From: Candidatus Latescibacterota bacterium
Lineage (GTDB): Bacteria; Latescibacterota; UBA2968
Length of the DNA: 64,000 bases
NCBI GenBank assembly: GCA_965204745.1
Contig: OZ242010.1
Span: 2,080,001 to 2,144,000, forward strand
Reading direction: 5' to 3'
Part shown: in pieces, positions 18,441-27,963 of the stretch
Layout of the letters: every line of letters starts with the position of its first letter
Numbering within the stretch: the stretch's first letter is position 1
Translations under genes and position numbers: made by a program
The notes under the pieces: generated by a model
What the model was told of the DNA's origin: nothing
The model's database searches: none
The model's input: only the letters and a program-made list of their open reading frames with translations

Positions 18441-19937
18441 ATGCGACCAAATTTTTTGATTTTTTGCGTGGATCAGATGCAGGCGTATTGCCTGGGTTGC
18501 AATGGGCATCCCGATGTCAAGACCCCGCATTTGGATCGCTTGGCGCGGGATGGCGTCTTGTTTCGCCGCAATTATTGCTCGCATCCCGTGTGCCAGCCGT
18601 CGCGGGCGTCTTTGATAACGGGCTTGACGCCTTCGCAACACGGGGTCACCCAAAACGGCATGAGCCTGTCCGAAGAAATGCCGACCGTCACCGAAGCATT
18701 GTCCAATGCCGGGTATCGCACGTATGCGGCGGGCAAGCTGCATTTGCAACCCTTTTCGGGCGGGCCGTCGTGGGAAAATCGCCATCGGTGGTACAGCGGC
18801 GAGGTGACGCATTTGCCCGAAGGGTATTACGGGTTTGGGGAAACGGATTACGTGGGCGGCCATGTGAACTACGTTTGCGGGGATTATCGAAACGAGTTGG
18901 AACGAGAACATCCGCACATCGCGCAACCGGAGCATCCCAAAGCCAGTCCGATGGCGTGCATTCCCTACGCACAATTTTCCGCCTATCAAAACTTCGGGTA
19001 TCAGACTTGGAAAATCGACCAAATTCCAGCCGAGTTGCACTACAACCACTGGATCGCGGACCGCACGATGGCGTTTATAGATCGGTTGGGCGAAGATGAG
19101 AACTTCTTTGCGTGGTGTTCGTTTCCGGACCCGCACCATCCTTTTGCGGCGTGCAAACCGTACAGCGAACTGTACGATCCCGCATCATTGACCCTGCCCG
19201 AAACATTTTTCGCCCGCGAAAACCCGGCCGCGCACAGCGCGTTGCGAAAACAAGGCCCCGCGTGGTTCGATGGCGATGCGGATGATTTGCGGCAGGTGAT
19301 GGCGCAAACCTACGGCATGATTTCGCATATCGACGACAATGTGGGACGCGCTATCGACTTTCTGAAGGCAAAGGGCTTGTACGGAAACACGGTCATTGCA
19401 TTCATCGCGGATCACGGCGAGTATTTGGGATCGCACCACTTGTGGCACAAAACGCCCTGGCAGTGGGAAGAGTTGTTGCGCGTGCCGTGTATTTGGAAAG
19501 CGCCCCAAGGTCATACCGGTATTTGCGATGACGTGGTGAGCAATTTGGATTTTGTGCCGACCGTGTTGGATTACGCGGGCGTCGATCAAATTGCCATGCG
19601 ATTTCGGCGAGACGACTGGGCAGTTGCCGGCTTTGAATTGCCCGGGCGATCCCTTCGACCGCGTATCAGCGAGGGGGCCGATCTTTCGGATCGCCCGGCA
19701 TTTGTCGAGATGGGATCGATCCGCACCTCGATCACACAACGCCATAAAATCGTCGTGGATGCCTCGGCCCTCGGGCACAACGCGCTCATCGATTTGGAAC
19801 GCGATCCGCATGAAAAAACAAATTTGTGGGATCATCCGGAAGCGCGGGACATAAAAACCGACCTGCTGACGCGCCTGATGCGCGAGAGCATCCGCTACAC
19901 GCGCATGGACAATCCCAGAATCACGGCGTCGGCATAA
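18441..19937 (+). CDS. Formylglycine-dependent sulfatase
   Basis: PNFLIFCVDQ, CQPSRASLITG, GKLHL, PDPHHP, ADHG. Confidence 0.95.
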   Translation: MRPNFLIFCVDQMQAYCLGCNGHPDVKTPHLDRLARDGVLFRRNYCSHPVCQPSRASLITGLTPSQHGVTQNGMSLSEEMPTVTEALSNAGYRTYAAGKLHLQPFSGGPSWENRHRWYSGEVTHLPEGYYGFGETDYVGGHVNYVCGDYRNELEREHPHIAQPEHPKASPMACIPYAQFSAYQNFGYQTWKIDQIPAELHYNHWIADRTMAFIDRLGEDENFFAWCSFPDPHHPFAACKPYSELYDPASLTLPETFFARENPAAHSALRKQGPAWFDGDADDLRQVMAQTYGMISHIDDNVGRAIDFLKAKGLYGNTVIAFIADHGEYLGSHHLWHKTPWQWEELLRVPCIWKAPQGHTGICDDVVSNLDFVPTVLDYAGVDQIAMRFRRDDWAVAGFELPGRSLRPRISEGADLSDRPAFVEMGSIRTSITQRHKIVVDASALGHNALIDLERDPHEKTNLWDHPEARDIKTDLLTRLMRESIRYTRMDNPRITASA

Positions 19938-19964
19938 GAACCCGACCTTTTCAAAGGAGAGACG

Positions 19965-21371
19965 ATGTCCAACCAACCCAATGTCATTGTGTTTTTCACG
20001 GATCAACAGCGCTGGGATTGCATGGCCGCGCATGGCAATCCCTTGGGGATTACGCCCAATTTGGACCGCGCAGCGCGGGATGGCACGCATGTGTACAACA
20101 GCTTTACCTGCCAACCCGTGTGCGGCCCGGCGCGGGCGTGTTTGCAAACCGGGATGTACGCGAGCGAAACCGGGGTGTATCGCAATGGCCTCGGCCTGAA
20201 CCCGGATCACGAGACCCTGGCGCAGTGTTTTCACGATTCGGGCTATCACACGGGCTATATCGGCAAGTGGCATCTGGCGACAGGTGTGCGCGGTGCCGTG
20301 CCCGAAGCCCAGCGCGGAGGGTACCAGTATTGGCTTGCGGCTAATGCGCTGGAAGCGACGTCCGATGCTTATGACTGCGTTGTGTACGATAGCGATGACC
20401 GAGAGGTGAAGTTGCCCGGGTACCGGGTGGACGCGCTGACCGACGCGGCGATTCGGTTTGTGGATGAACGCCAGGGCCATCCCTTTTTCCTGTTTATGTC
20501 CTTTTTGGAGCCGCATCACCAGAATCATTTAGACGATTATCCCCCGCCCGATGGGTACCGCGACATGTACGCCGGTCACTGGACACCGCCCGATCTCGCG
20601 GCATTGCCCACGCATCCGCAGGCCGAAGGCGAATATCCCGGTGCCGTGCCCACGGGCGGTAGCGCGCAACAACATTTGGGCGGGTACTGGGGCATGATCA
20701 AGCGGTTGGACGAGGCTTATGGGCGGTTGCTCGACGCGCTGAAAAGTTTGGGGTTGTTGGAAAACACGATTGTGTTGTTCACTTCGGATCACGCCTGCCA
20801 TTTCCGCACCCGCAACAGGGAGTACAAACGCTCGTGTCACGACAGTTCGATTCGCGTTCCCACCGTGTTGACCGGCGGGCCATTTACCGGCGGGGGCACG
20901 CTCGGCGAGTTGGTGAGTCTGGTCGATTTGCCCCCGACCTTGTTGGACGGTGCCGGGTTGGAGATTCCCGAGCAAATGTCGGGGCGGTCCATCCTGCCGA
21001 TTTTGGGCGGCAGGGGCAGAACGCTCGCCCGCCCTTGGCCGGATGACGTTTTTGTGCAGATTTCAGAGAGCGGTGTTGGGCGCGCGGTTCGCACCAAGCG
21101 ATGGAAATACGCGGTCCACAGCGATCAGTCACAGCCCGGCACAGCGGGCGCAGCGCGGTATGCCGAAGCCTATCTCTACGATTTGGAAGCCGATCCGTAC
21201 GAATTACGCAATCTCATTGGCCATGAAAGCCATCACCAGGTCGCAGACCACATGCGCGCGCGCCTATTGCGCCACATTCGAGAGGTTGAAGGCGAGTCCC
21301 CGCAGATCGTCCCCACGCACACCCGCCAAAGCGGTCAACGCCGCGTGTCCGCCGCCGAAGTGGAGATGTAA
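19965..21371 (+). CDS. Formylglycine-dependent sulfatase
   Basis: PNVIVFFTDQ, CGPARACLQTG, GKWHL, TSDH, LYDLEADPYE. Confidence 0.95.
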   Translation: MSNQPNVIVFFTDQQRWDCMAAHGNPLGITPNLDRAARDGTHVYNSFTCQPVCGPARACLQTGMYASETGVYRNGLGLNPDHETLAQCFHDSGYHTGYIGKWHLATGVRGAVPEAQRGGYQYWLAANALEATSDAYDCVVYDSDDREVKLPGYRVDALTDAAIRFVDERQGHPFFLFMSFLEPHHQNHLDDYPPPDGYRDMYAGHWTPPDLAALPTHPQAEGEYPGAVPTGGSAQQHLGGYWGMIKRLDEAYGRLLDALKSLGLLENTIVLFTSDHACHFRTRNREYKRSCHDSSIRVPTVLTGGPFTGGGTLGELVSLVDLPPTLLDGAGLEIPEQMSGRSILPILGGRGRTLARPWPDDVFVQISESGVGRAVRTKRWKYAVHSDQSQPGTAGAARYAEAYLYDLEADPYELRNLIGHESHHQVADHMRARLLRHIREVEGESPQIVPTHTRQSGQRRVSAAEVEM

Positions 21372-21454
21372 AACCACCTCCCGCGCCCGACCAAAGTGAG
21401 CGGAAAGAGGGGCGAGGCGGACTGACAACTGACAACTGACTGGAGAGACGAGAA

Positions 21455-22483
21455 ATGTACATTCAAGATCAAGTCCATTACGACGATTTGGGCGATGAAA
21501 TTTTGAGCTTTTACCGGGCGATCAGCGTGGATTCCATCCACCTCGAATTGCGGGGCGGGCGACCGCCGGCAAGCGCGGCGCGCAAGGTGCGCGGGAGCGG
21601 GACTGGGCAGGCCCATACCACACTCGCGCAGCGGATTCGCGCAGGGGAAGATTGCACGGAGGAATTTGTGCAGGCGCGGGAATTGGTGGAATCCCACGGC
21701 TTGAAATTGAACAACATCTTCATGCCGTGCTGGGAAGAGATCGCGCTGGCAATGGAAGACCGGGAGGAAAAGATCGGGTACTGGTGTCGGATGCTCGAAT
21801 CCCTGGGCAGGGCGGGCATCCCTTGGTTGGGCTGGAATTTCAAACCCATGGGCAATTTTCGCACGCCATCGGCCACGGGCCGCGGCCGGGTGACGTACAG
21901 CACGTTTGACTACGAATACTTCCGGCAGAATCGCCCCGAACAAGTCGATCCCCCGGTTTCGGAAGACGCGATGTGGGCGAATTTGGCGGTGTTTTTGCAA
22001 GCGGTGATCCCGGTGGCAGAGAAAGCGGGCGTGCGAATGGCTCTGCATCCGGACGATCCGCCCATTCCCGAACCGCTCGGAGGCATCGCGCAGATCTGTT
22101 CCTCACTCGATCAATTCAGGCGCACGTTTTTCGAGATCGCGCCGAGTGACAGCAATGGCATGTTGTTCTGTCAGGGATGCATGACCGAGTTGCTCGGCCC
22201 TGGGGTATATGACGCGATTGCAGAGATGGCGTCCAAAAACAAAATCGCGTGGGTGCATTTTCGCAATGTCAAGGGCCGGTTGCCGCGATTCGTGGAAGTG
22301 TTTATGGACGAGGGCGATATCGACATGAAACGCGCGATGGAGATTTACCGCGACAATGGCTTCAACGGCCCTTACATGATGGATCACACGCCGCGCTTTG
22401 CCCATCCCACGCACACGCAGTTGCACGGCAAAGCCTATGCCATCGGGTACATCCGCGCCTTGATAGACGACGTCTATGCCTAA
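21455..22483 (+). CDS. uxuA: Mannonate dehydratase (UxuA) family protein
   Basis: VIPVAEKAGVRMALHPDDPP, WVHFRNV, DEGDIDM, MDHTP, AYAIGYIRAL. Confidence 0.8.
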   Translation: MYIQDQVHYDDLGDEILSFYRAISVDSIHLELRGGRPPASAARKVRGSGTGQAHTTLAQRIRAGEDCTEEFVQARELVESHGLKLNNIFMPCWEEIALAMEDREEKIGYWCRMLESLGRAGIPWLGWNFKPMGNFRTPSATGRGRVTYSTFDYEYFRQNRPEQVDPPVSEDAMWANLAVFLQAVIPVAEKAGVRMALHPDDPPIPEPLGGIAQICSSLDQFRRTFFEIAPSDSNGMLFCQGCMTELLGPGVYDAIAEMASKNKIAWVHFRNVKGRLPRFVEVFMDEGDIDMKRAMEIYRDNGFNGPYMMDHTPRFAHPTHTQLHGKAYAIGYIRALIDDVYA

Positions 22484-22505
22484 CCGCCGATAGGGAGAAT
22501 GCGCC

Positions 22506-24782
22506 ATGGTTGGATTTGTGAAGCGGTACACGCATTGGTTGCACACGCGATGGCCGTCGGGCACAGTGGAAAAATTGCCAGAGATGAACGAGGACGGGTC
22601 AACCGCGGTGCCGGGCCTGTACATCGTGGGGGATTTGACCGGGATTCCGCTGTTGAAATTTTCGTCTGACACCGGCGCGCGGGCCGTGCGAACCATCGTG
22701 AATGACGCGGGATTTGAGAAGCGGACGCAACGGGATGGGGTGCGCGATTTGGCGATTATCGGCGGGGGCGTGTCCGGCATGGCGGCGGCCCTCGAAGCGA
22801 AAAAGCAGGGGTTGGATTTCGCGCTGTTGGAATCGTCCGAGCGGTTTTCCACGGTGGTGAATTTTCCAAAGGGAAAGCCGATTTACACGTATCCGACTGA
22901 AATGGTTCCGGCAGGGGATTTGCAATTTTCGGATCGGGCGGACGTGAAAGAGCGGTTGATCGAGGAACTCGAAGCGCGCACTGCCGAGGTCGAGCCCGCG
23001 ATTGCGCGCGCGGAATGCGTGCGAAGAGAAGGCGATGTCTTGCGCGTGGTCGTGCCCGATAGCGAAGACCTGCTCGCGCATCGGGTGATCGTGGCGATTG
23101 GCAGGTCGGGCAATTTCAGAAAATTAAATGTGCCGGGCGAGGAACGGGACAAGGTCGTGAACCGGTTGCACGATCCCAAAGAGTACGCGGGCCGAGATGT
23201 GCTCGTCGTAGGCGGCGGGGACAGCGCGGTCGAGGCCGCCATCGCCATAGCCGAGTGCGGGGGCCGCGTGACCCTGTCGTATCGGCGTGCGGAATTTAGC
23301 CGTCCCAAGCCCGAGAATGTGGCGAAAATCGAAGCCCTTCCGGAGTTGCGCTTGGCACTGGCGACCGAGGTGGCGCGCATCGGGGAGCATGACGTCACCC
23401 TGTCAACCGGCGCGGGCGAGGAGCGCGTGTCCAATGACGCGGTGGTCGCGATGATCGGCCGCGAGGCGCCGCTGGATTTTTTCAGGCGGTCGGGCGTGCC
23501 CATCCGCGGGGAATGGCGTGCGGGCACATGGGTGTCTTTTGCGTTGATCATGCTGGCGTGCGCGTTTGTCTATCACTGGAAGACCGAGGCCGGCATTCCG
23601 ATTTACGAGTGGTTCAAGAACGCGAACCTGTTTCCGTTTAATCTGTCGCCGGCTGACGACAAGTCGGGCCTTTTCGGCACCGTTTGGACGTCGATGACGC
23701 AACCGGGATTTTACTATTCGCTGGCCTATTGCGCGTGCGTGGTCGGGTTTGGGATTCGCAGAATCAGGCGGCGGCAAACGCCTTATGTCACCGTGCAAAC
23801 CCTAACGCTGATGCTCATTCAGTGCATTCCCCTGTTTTTGTTGCCCTACATTTTATTGCCGTGGCTGGGGCACAATGGCTTCTTTTTTACGGGCGAGGTT
23901 CTCAAGCCCATGGCCGACGCGCTGTTTCCCGCGACAAAGTGGGATGCACACGGCAGGGAATACTGGCGCAGTTTGGGCTTTGTGTTGGCGTGGCCCCTGT
24001 TCTTCTGGAACGCGTTCACACACGAACCCTTGGGATGGTGGCTGGGCATCGGTTTGGTGCAGACCTTTGTGCTGATTCCCCTGCTGATTTGGCGATGGGG
24101 CAAGGGCGCGTATTGCGGGTGGATTTGCTCGTGCGGCGCGCTGGCAGAAACCATGGGCGATATGCACCGGCAAAAGATGCCGCACGGCCCCTTGTGGAAC
24201 AAACTGAACATGGTGGGGCAGGCGATTTTGGTTTTGGCCTTTGCGCTTCTGGCATTGCGGATCGCGAGCTGGGTGTGGCCCGGCGCTCAGTGGGCGACTG
24301 CGAGTTACATGGGCGCGTTTATGGGCCGCGATGCCCAGTGGGCCAGCCTGGGGTTTCCGCTGGCGTTTTTGAATTACCAGTGGTTTGTCGATTTGTTTTT
24401 GGCCGGCATGATCGGCGTGGGGTTTTACTGGCATTTTAGCGGGCGAATGTGGTGTCGGTTTGCATGCCCCTTGGCCGCGCTGATGCACATTTACGCGCGG
24501 TTTTCGCGGTTTCGGATTTTTGCGGACAAGAAGAAGTGCATTTCTTGCAACGTGTGTACGTCGGTATGCCACCAGGGCATTGACGTGATGAATTTTGCGA
24601 ACAAGGGCTTGCCGATGGAAGACCCCGAGTGCGTGCGCTGTTCGGCGTGTGTGCAGAGTTGCCCGACGGGCGTGTTGACGTTTGGGCAGATCGATCCCGC
24701 GAATGGGCGCGTCGCCCGAGAAGATGGGTTGGTCGCGTCTCGAGTGCATCTCGCCGAAGGCATCGAGCGCAACGCGAAATGA
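22506..24782 (+). CDS. FAD/NAD(P) oxidoreductase (TrxB-like) fused to a NapH-type membrane domain and 2x[4Fe-4S] ferredoxin
   Basis: IIGGGVSG and VVGGGDSA dinucleotide motifs; YCGWICSCG, WCRFACP; CISCNVCTSVC and CVRCSACVQSCP. Confidence 0.88.
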   Translation: MVGFVKRYTHWLHTRWPSGTVEKLPEMNEDGSTAVPGLYIVGDLTGIPLLKFSSDTGARAVRTIVNDAGFEKRTQRDGVRDLAIIGGGVSGMAAALEAKKQGLDFALLESSERFSTVVNFPKGKPIYTYPTEMVPAGDLQFSDRADVKERLIEELEARTAEVEPAIARAECVRREGDVLRVVVPDSEDLLAHRVIVAIGRSGNFRKLNVPGEERDKVVNRLHDPKEYAGRDVLVVGGGDSAVEAAIAIAECGGRVTLSYRRAEFSRPKPENVAKIEALPELRLALATEVARIGEHDVTLSTGAGEERVSNDAVVAMIGREAPLDFFRRSGVPIRGEWRAGTWVSFALIMLACAFVYHWKTEAGIPIYEWFKNANLFPFNLSPADDKSGLFGTVWTSMTQPGFYYSLAYCACVVGFGIRRIRRRQTPYVTVQTLTLMLIQCIPLFLLPYILLPWLGHNGFFFTGEVLKPMADALFPATKWDAHGREYWRSLGFVLAWPLFFWNAFTHEPLGWWLGIGLVQTFVLIPLLIWRWGKGAYCGWICSCGALAETMGDMHRQKMPHGPLWNKLNMVGQAILVLAFALLALRIASWVWPGAQWATASYMGAFMGRDAQWASLGFPLAFLNYQWFVDLFLAGMIGVGFYWHFSGRMWCRFACPLAALMHIYARFSRFRIFADKKKCISCNVCTSVCHQGIDVMNFANKGLPMEDPECVRCSACVQSCPTGVLTFGQIDPANGRVAREDGLVASRVHLAEGIERNAK

Positions 24783-24880
24783 GGTTGCCCCGCCGCGAAA
24801 TTTTTGTATGTTCCACGCGAGTTAGGAGTCCCTATCCATTCACAGAACTCCGCCGAGAGTTCGACACACAGGAGGTTGCG

Positions 24881-25525
24881 ATGTTGAAGGTCATGAGGGT
24901 GTTGTTGTTGGGGTTGATGGCGTCATTGGTGCTGACAGATGTGGGTTTTGCCGAAAAGTACCAGATCGACCGCTCCCATTCGACGGTCGGGTTTTCGATT
25001 CGGCACTTGGTCAGCCGCACGTCTGGGCGGTTCAATCAATTCAGTGGCACGATTGATTACGATCCGGCAGCCCCCGAAAAGATGATGATTCAAGCGACGA
25101 TCCAAGTGCAGAGCATCGACACGGGCAATAATCGGCGCGACGATCATTTGCGTAGCGCGGATTTTTTCGAGGTGGAGACCTATCCCACGATGATGTTCAA
25201 AAGCACATCGGCCATGATGGAAGGCGACAAAATTATGGTGACGGGCGATTTGACCATGCACGGCGTGACCAAGAGCATCGCGCTCCCCGTGACCGTGCTG
25301 GGCATTGGCACGCATCCGCAACGCAACACGCCGCTGGCCGGGTTCGAGACCGAACTCACGGTGTTGTGTTCGGATTTTGGCATCAATAGTTGGGCAAATT
25401 TTGCCAAGGTGCTCGGGGATGAGGTGCGCGTCAACATCACCATCGAAGCGGGGCCGCCCAGACAGGGGCGCGGGCAAGGCAGGCGCGGCGGCGGTGAAGG
25501 TCGGCAAGGCGGTGGCGAAAATTGA
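24881..25525 (+). CDS. YceI-family polyisoprenoid-binding periplasmic protein
   Basis: YQIDRSHSTVGF, SIDTGNNRRDDHLRSADFF, GDLTMHGVTK; AGGAGG RBS. Confidence 0.93.
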   Translation: MLKVMRVLLLGLMASLVLTDVGFAEKYQIDRSHSTVGFSIRHLVSRTSGRFNQFSGTIDYDPAAPEKMMIQATIQVQSIDTGNNRRDDHLRSADFFEVETYPTMMFKSTSAMMEGDKIMVTGDLTMHGVTKSIALPVTVLGIGTHPQRNTPLAGFETELTVLCSDFGINSWANFAKVLGDEVRVNITIEAGPPRQGRGQGRRGGGEGRQGGGEN

Positions 25526-25541
25526 GTTGGACGAATCGCAC

Positions 25542-25578
25542 AAAAAATCCCATCCTGAGTTCAGGGTGGGATTTTTTT
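25542..25578. terminator. Bidirectional intrinsic terminator
   Basis: AAAAAATCCCATCCTGA-GT-TCAGGGTGGGATTTTTTT between convergent genes. Confidence 0.85.
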
Positions 25579-25605
25579 ATTGTGCGGCCTCATTCCAAGG
25601 CTCGA

Positions 25606-27339
25606 TTAAAACCGACTGAAAAAGTCCCATATTATCTGATTTCCGTCCACGCCTGCCCTGTTGTTTGCATAGGGCCATTCGTGCCCGAAGTTTGTGATTT
25701 TGTAATACCAAATTTCAACATTGGCATTGCACTCCCGGTGCTTGTAAAGCGTGTTGTCGGAATTTATCTCGATGGTTTCGGTAGCCAGACATGAATTTTG
25801 TTCGCTCCAATAATCTATAATGGCGTCCATGCCCGGCGCGCCACCCCAGCCACTAATTGGAATAATTTCATCATCGACGCCAGAAAGTTGAAGCAGGGGA
25901 AACGGCGTGGGAATGCGGTTTTCCCAAGCAGTCATAGTGCCAATAATCGATGCGACCCCTTTGAATACATTTGGGGCGCCCATTCCCAACACATAAGCCA
26001 TCATACCGCCATTTGAAACACCGGCGACAAAGGTTTTCTCAGGACTTAAATTGTGTTCGGCCTGTAAAAACCGGGCCAAAGAACTCAAGAACCCAATGTC
26101 ATCCGCATTGCTTTTCGAGACCCCAATGTCATCCGCATTGCTGACATTCAACCAGGCATTCCAATGCCGCGTGCCTTCGTTATCTTCGCTTCCCAAGGGA
26201 TATACAACCGCGAATCCATTTGCATCGGCAGTGGCATTCAAGTTTGAGTACTGTTGTAAATATTCGGAATTACCCCCATAACCATGCAACATGACTATCA
26301 ACGGGGCATTCTCGGGCAGATCTCGCGGTTTATGGAACAAATAATATCTGGCGCTACCACTATAAGAAAATGCTGAGTATTCGCCGAGATCCAGATTCTC
26401 TGATTTATCGTCCTTGTCGTCCTCGCTTGATTTATCGTCCTTGTCGTCCTCGCTTGATTTATCGTCCTTGTCGTCCTCGCTTGATTTATCGTCCTTGTCG
26501 TCCTCGCTTGATTTATCGTCCTTGTCGTCCTCGCTTGATTTATCGTCCTTGTCGTCCTCGCTTGATTTATCGTCCTTGTCGTCCTCGCTTGATTTATCGT
26601 CCTTGTCGTCCTCGCTTGATTTATCGTCCTTGTCGTCCTCGCTTGATTTATCACTTTCTCCTAAGCGCGCAATCGCAAAATGGGTTCCGTCATAGGTGCA
26701 GTGAATGACATATCCTCCAATAGTGACATCGACATTCTGCCCGCTTTGGAGATAGCGCCCGGTTTTCGTCACCTCGTCGCTGGTGGTCACAACAACGCTG
26801 TTATCGATTCCAAAATCAAAGGTATAACCGAGGTTTTTATAGGTCGCGCTTAGGGTTAAACCATTGACCGCACCCGAGTTATCACGCATGAGCATTTTCG
26901 ATGATTCGGTCACGCGCGCCTTTCCGCCGATAGGCAAATTGAGCATCACCTCGTAGCCGCTGTTGACTGGAATGCTCGACCACGAATCGATCTCGCTCCC
27001 GTCTTGCCAGGCGCGGGCGCGATAATAGCCCGTCACATTGTCCGCCGCGATCTCCACACGCGCTCGCCCCATCTCATCGGTCATGCCCGACCACTGATAG
27101 GACGCTACCCGACCGGCAATAGCACGCGAAAAAGCCACCTTTGCCCCGCTTACAGGCGCGCCCTCCCGCGACAGATCGACCACCACCACGGCTTGGGAAG
27201 CGCGATCACTCGCAGTCAATTTGCCTATCGGGGGGCCTGTCGTCTCGGTCTGCGATTGGGTCACGCGCTCGCCGCCGCAGTGCCACATCAGGCTCGCGGT
27301 GAGGACGATCACAGCGAGCGTACGAATAATTTGCAACAT
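25606..27339 (-). CDS. Secreted/lipoprotein esterase, PHB-depolymerase/LpqC family, with acidic repeat linker
   Basis: Signal peptide ending ...MWHCGG; LIVMLHGYGG, GFAVVYP, GVSNGG nucleophile elbow, SGVDD, GHEWP. Confidence 0.85.
   Translation of the reverse strand: MLQIIRTLAVIVLTASLMWHCGGERVTQSQTETTGPPIGKLTASDRASQAVVVVDLSREGAPVSGAKVAFSRAIAGRVASYQWSGMTDEMGRARVEIAADNVTGYYRARAWQDGSEIDSWSSIPVNSGYEVMLNLPIGGKARVTESSKMLMRDNSGAVNGLTLSATYKNLGYTFDFGIDNSVVVTTSDEVTKTGRYLQSGQNVDVTIGGYVIHCTYDGTHFAIARLGESDKSSEDDKDDKSSEDDKDDKSSEDDKDDKSSEDDKDDKSSEDDKDDKSSEDDKDDKSSEDDKDDKSSEDDKDDKSSEDDKDDKSENLDLGEYSAFSYSGSARYYLFHKPRDLPENAPLIVMLHGYGGNSEYLQQYSNLNATADANGFAVVYPLGSEDNEGTRHWNAWLNVSNADDIGVSKSNADDIGFLSSLARFLQAEHNLSPEKTFVAGVSNGGMMAYVLGMGAPNVFKGVASIIGTMTAWENRIPTPFPLLQLSGVDDEIIPISGWGGAPGMDAIIDYWSEQNSCLATETIEINSDNTLYKHRECNANVEIWYYKITNFGHEWPYANNRAGVDGNQIIWDFFSRF
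26401..26652. repeat. Perfect 27-bp tandem repeat (9 units + 9 bp) encoding SSEDDKDDK
   Basis: TGATTTATCGTCCTTGTCGTCCTCGCT repeated without spacers. Confidence 0.97.
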
Positions 27340-27399
27340 TACAATCTCCTTAAAAAAATCCCAAAATTGAGTTTCCACATATCCACTATGCCATTTGGC

Positions 27400-27438
27400 T
27401 TAGAACCGACTGAAAAAGCCCCATCCCCTCTGATTTCG
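27400..27438 (-). pseudogene. Remnant 3' end of an esterase paralogue
   Basis: Encodes RNQRGWGFFSRF-stop, matching GNQIIWDFFSRF-stop at the end of 25606..27339. Confidence 0.6.
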
Positions 27439-27462
27439 TTCATGCGTTCATGGAATTTCCTC

Positions 27463-27547
27463 CTTTGTATCTTTGACCGAGCACAGAGGCATCGCCCCTA
27501 CATACTGCTCACCTTTGAACTGGCTATCGCCAGTTGTACTCCGCACG
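27463..27547 (+). repeat. Composite intergenic repeat (TATCTTT + REP + family B)
   Basis: Same module order as 32893..32984. Confidence 0.8.
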
Positions 27548-27564
27548 CACAGATTAGCAAATGT

Positions 27565-27890
27565 GTTGCTTGCTCATTTAAGGCGTTTGGTCCTACAGCC
27601 TCGTTGGTTGCCTCCGATGCCTTCGGCGACCTACTTTTTTTCAACAGCAAAAAAAGTAGGCGAGCGGGGTACAACTGCCCCAGCAGTTCAAAAATGCCGC
27701 TCTCAAACGCCGAGGGGCTTGCACAGCGCAAACCGCTTTTGTAACAGGACGATATGCGCCAGCCTGCAAAGTGGGTTGCAACATGGATGTTGGTTGCGAG
27801 ACGGCCTTGCGCGCTGTGCGTGATGGCTTTATCTGATGGTCTGTTGTGATGGCATGGTTGCAAGGGCTTCTCTGAATGACTGCGGAACGT
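27565..27890 (+). repeat. ~300-bp non-coding repeated element, copy 1
   Basis: High identity to 45349..45643, including the CCTACTTTTTTT-CAACAGC-AAAAAAAGTAGG hairpin; carries an extra ~28-bp family-B insert near 27662-27689. Confidence 0.85.
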
Positions 27891-27963
27891 CAAGGGGATC
27901 GCTTGCTGTCTGTATATCGCATCACATTAGGTCAACAGAAAATCAATTTAGTATGAGAGTATG

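Noticed and set aside
26401-26652. 27-bp repeats as a CRISPR array
   Set aside because: Units are contiguous with no spacers, lie in frame inside a CDS, and no cas genes are present
27498-27893. Proteins encoded by the ~300-bp element (27498..27893 and 45308..45790)
   Set aside because: Shared peptide patches only reflect DNA identity; starts, lengths and ends differ between copies and no RBS is evident
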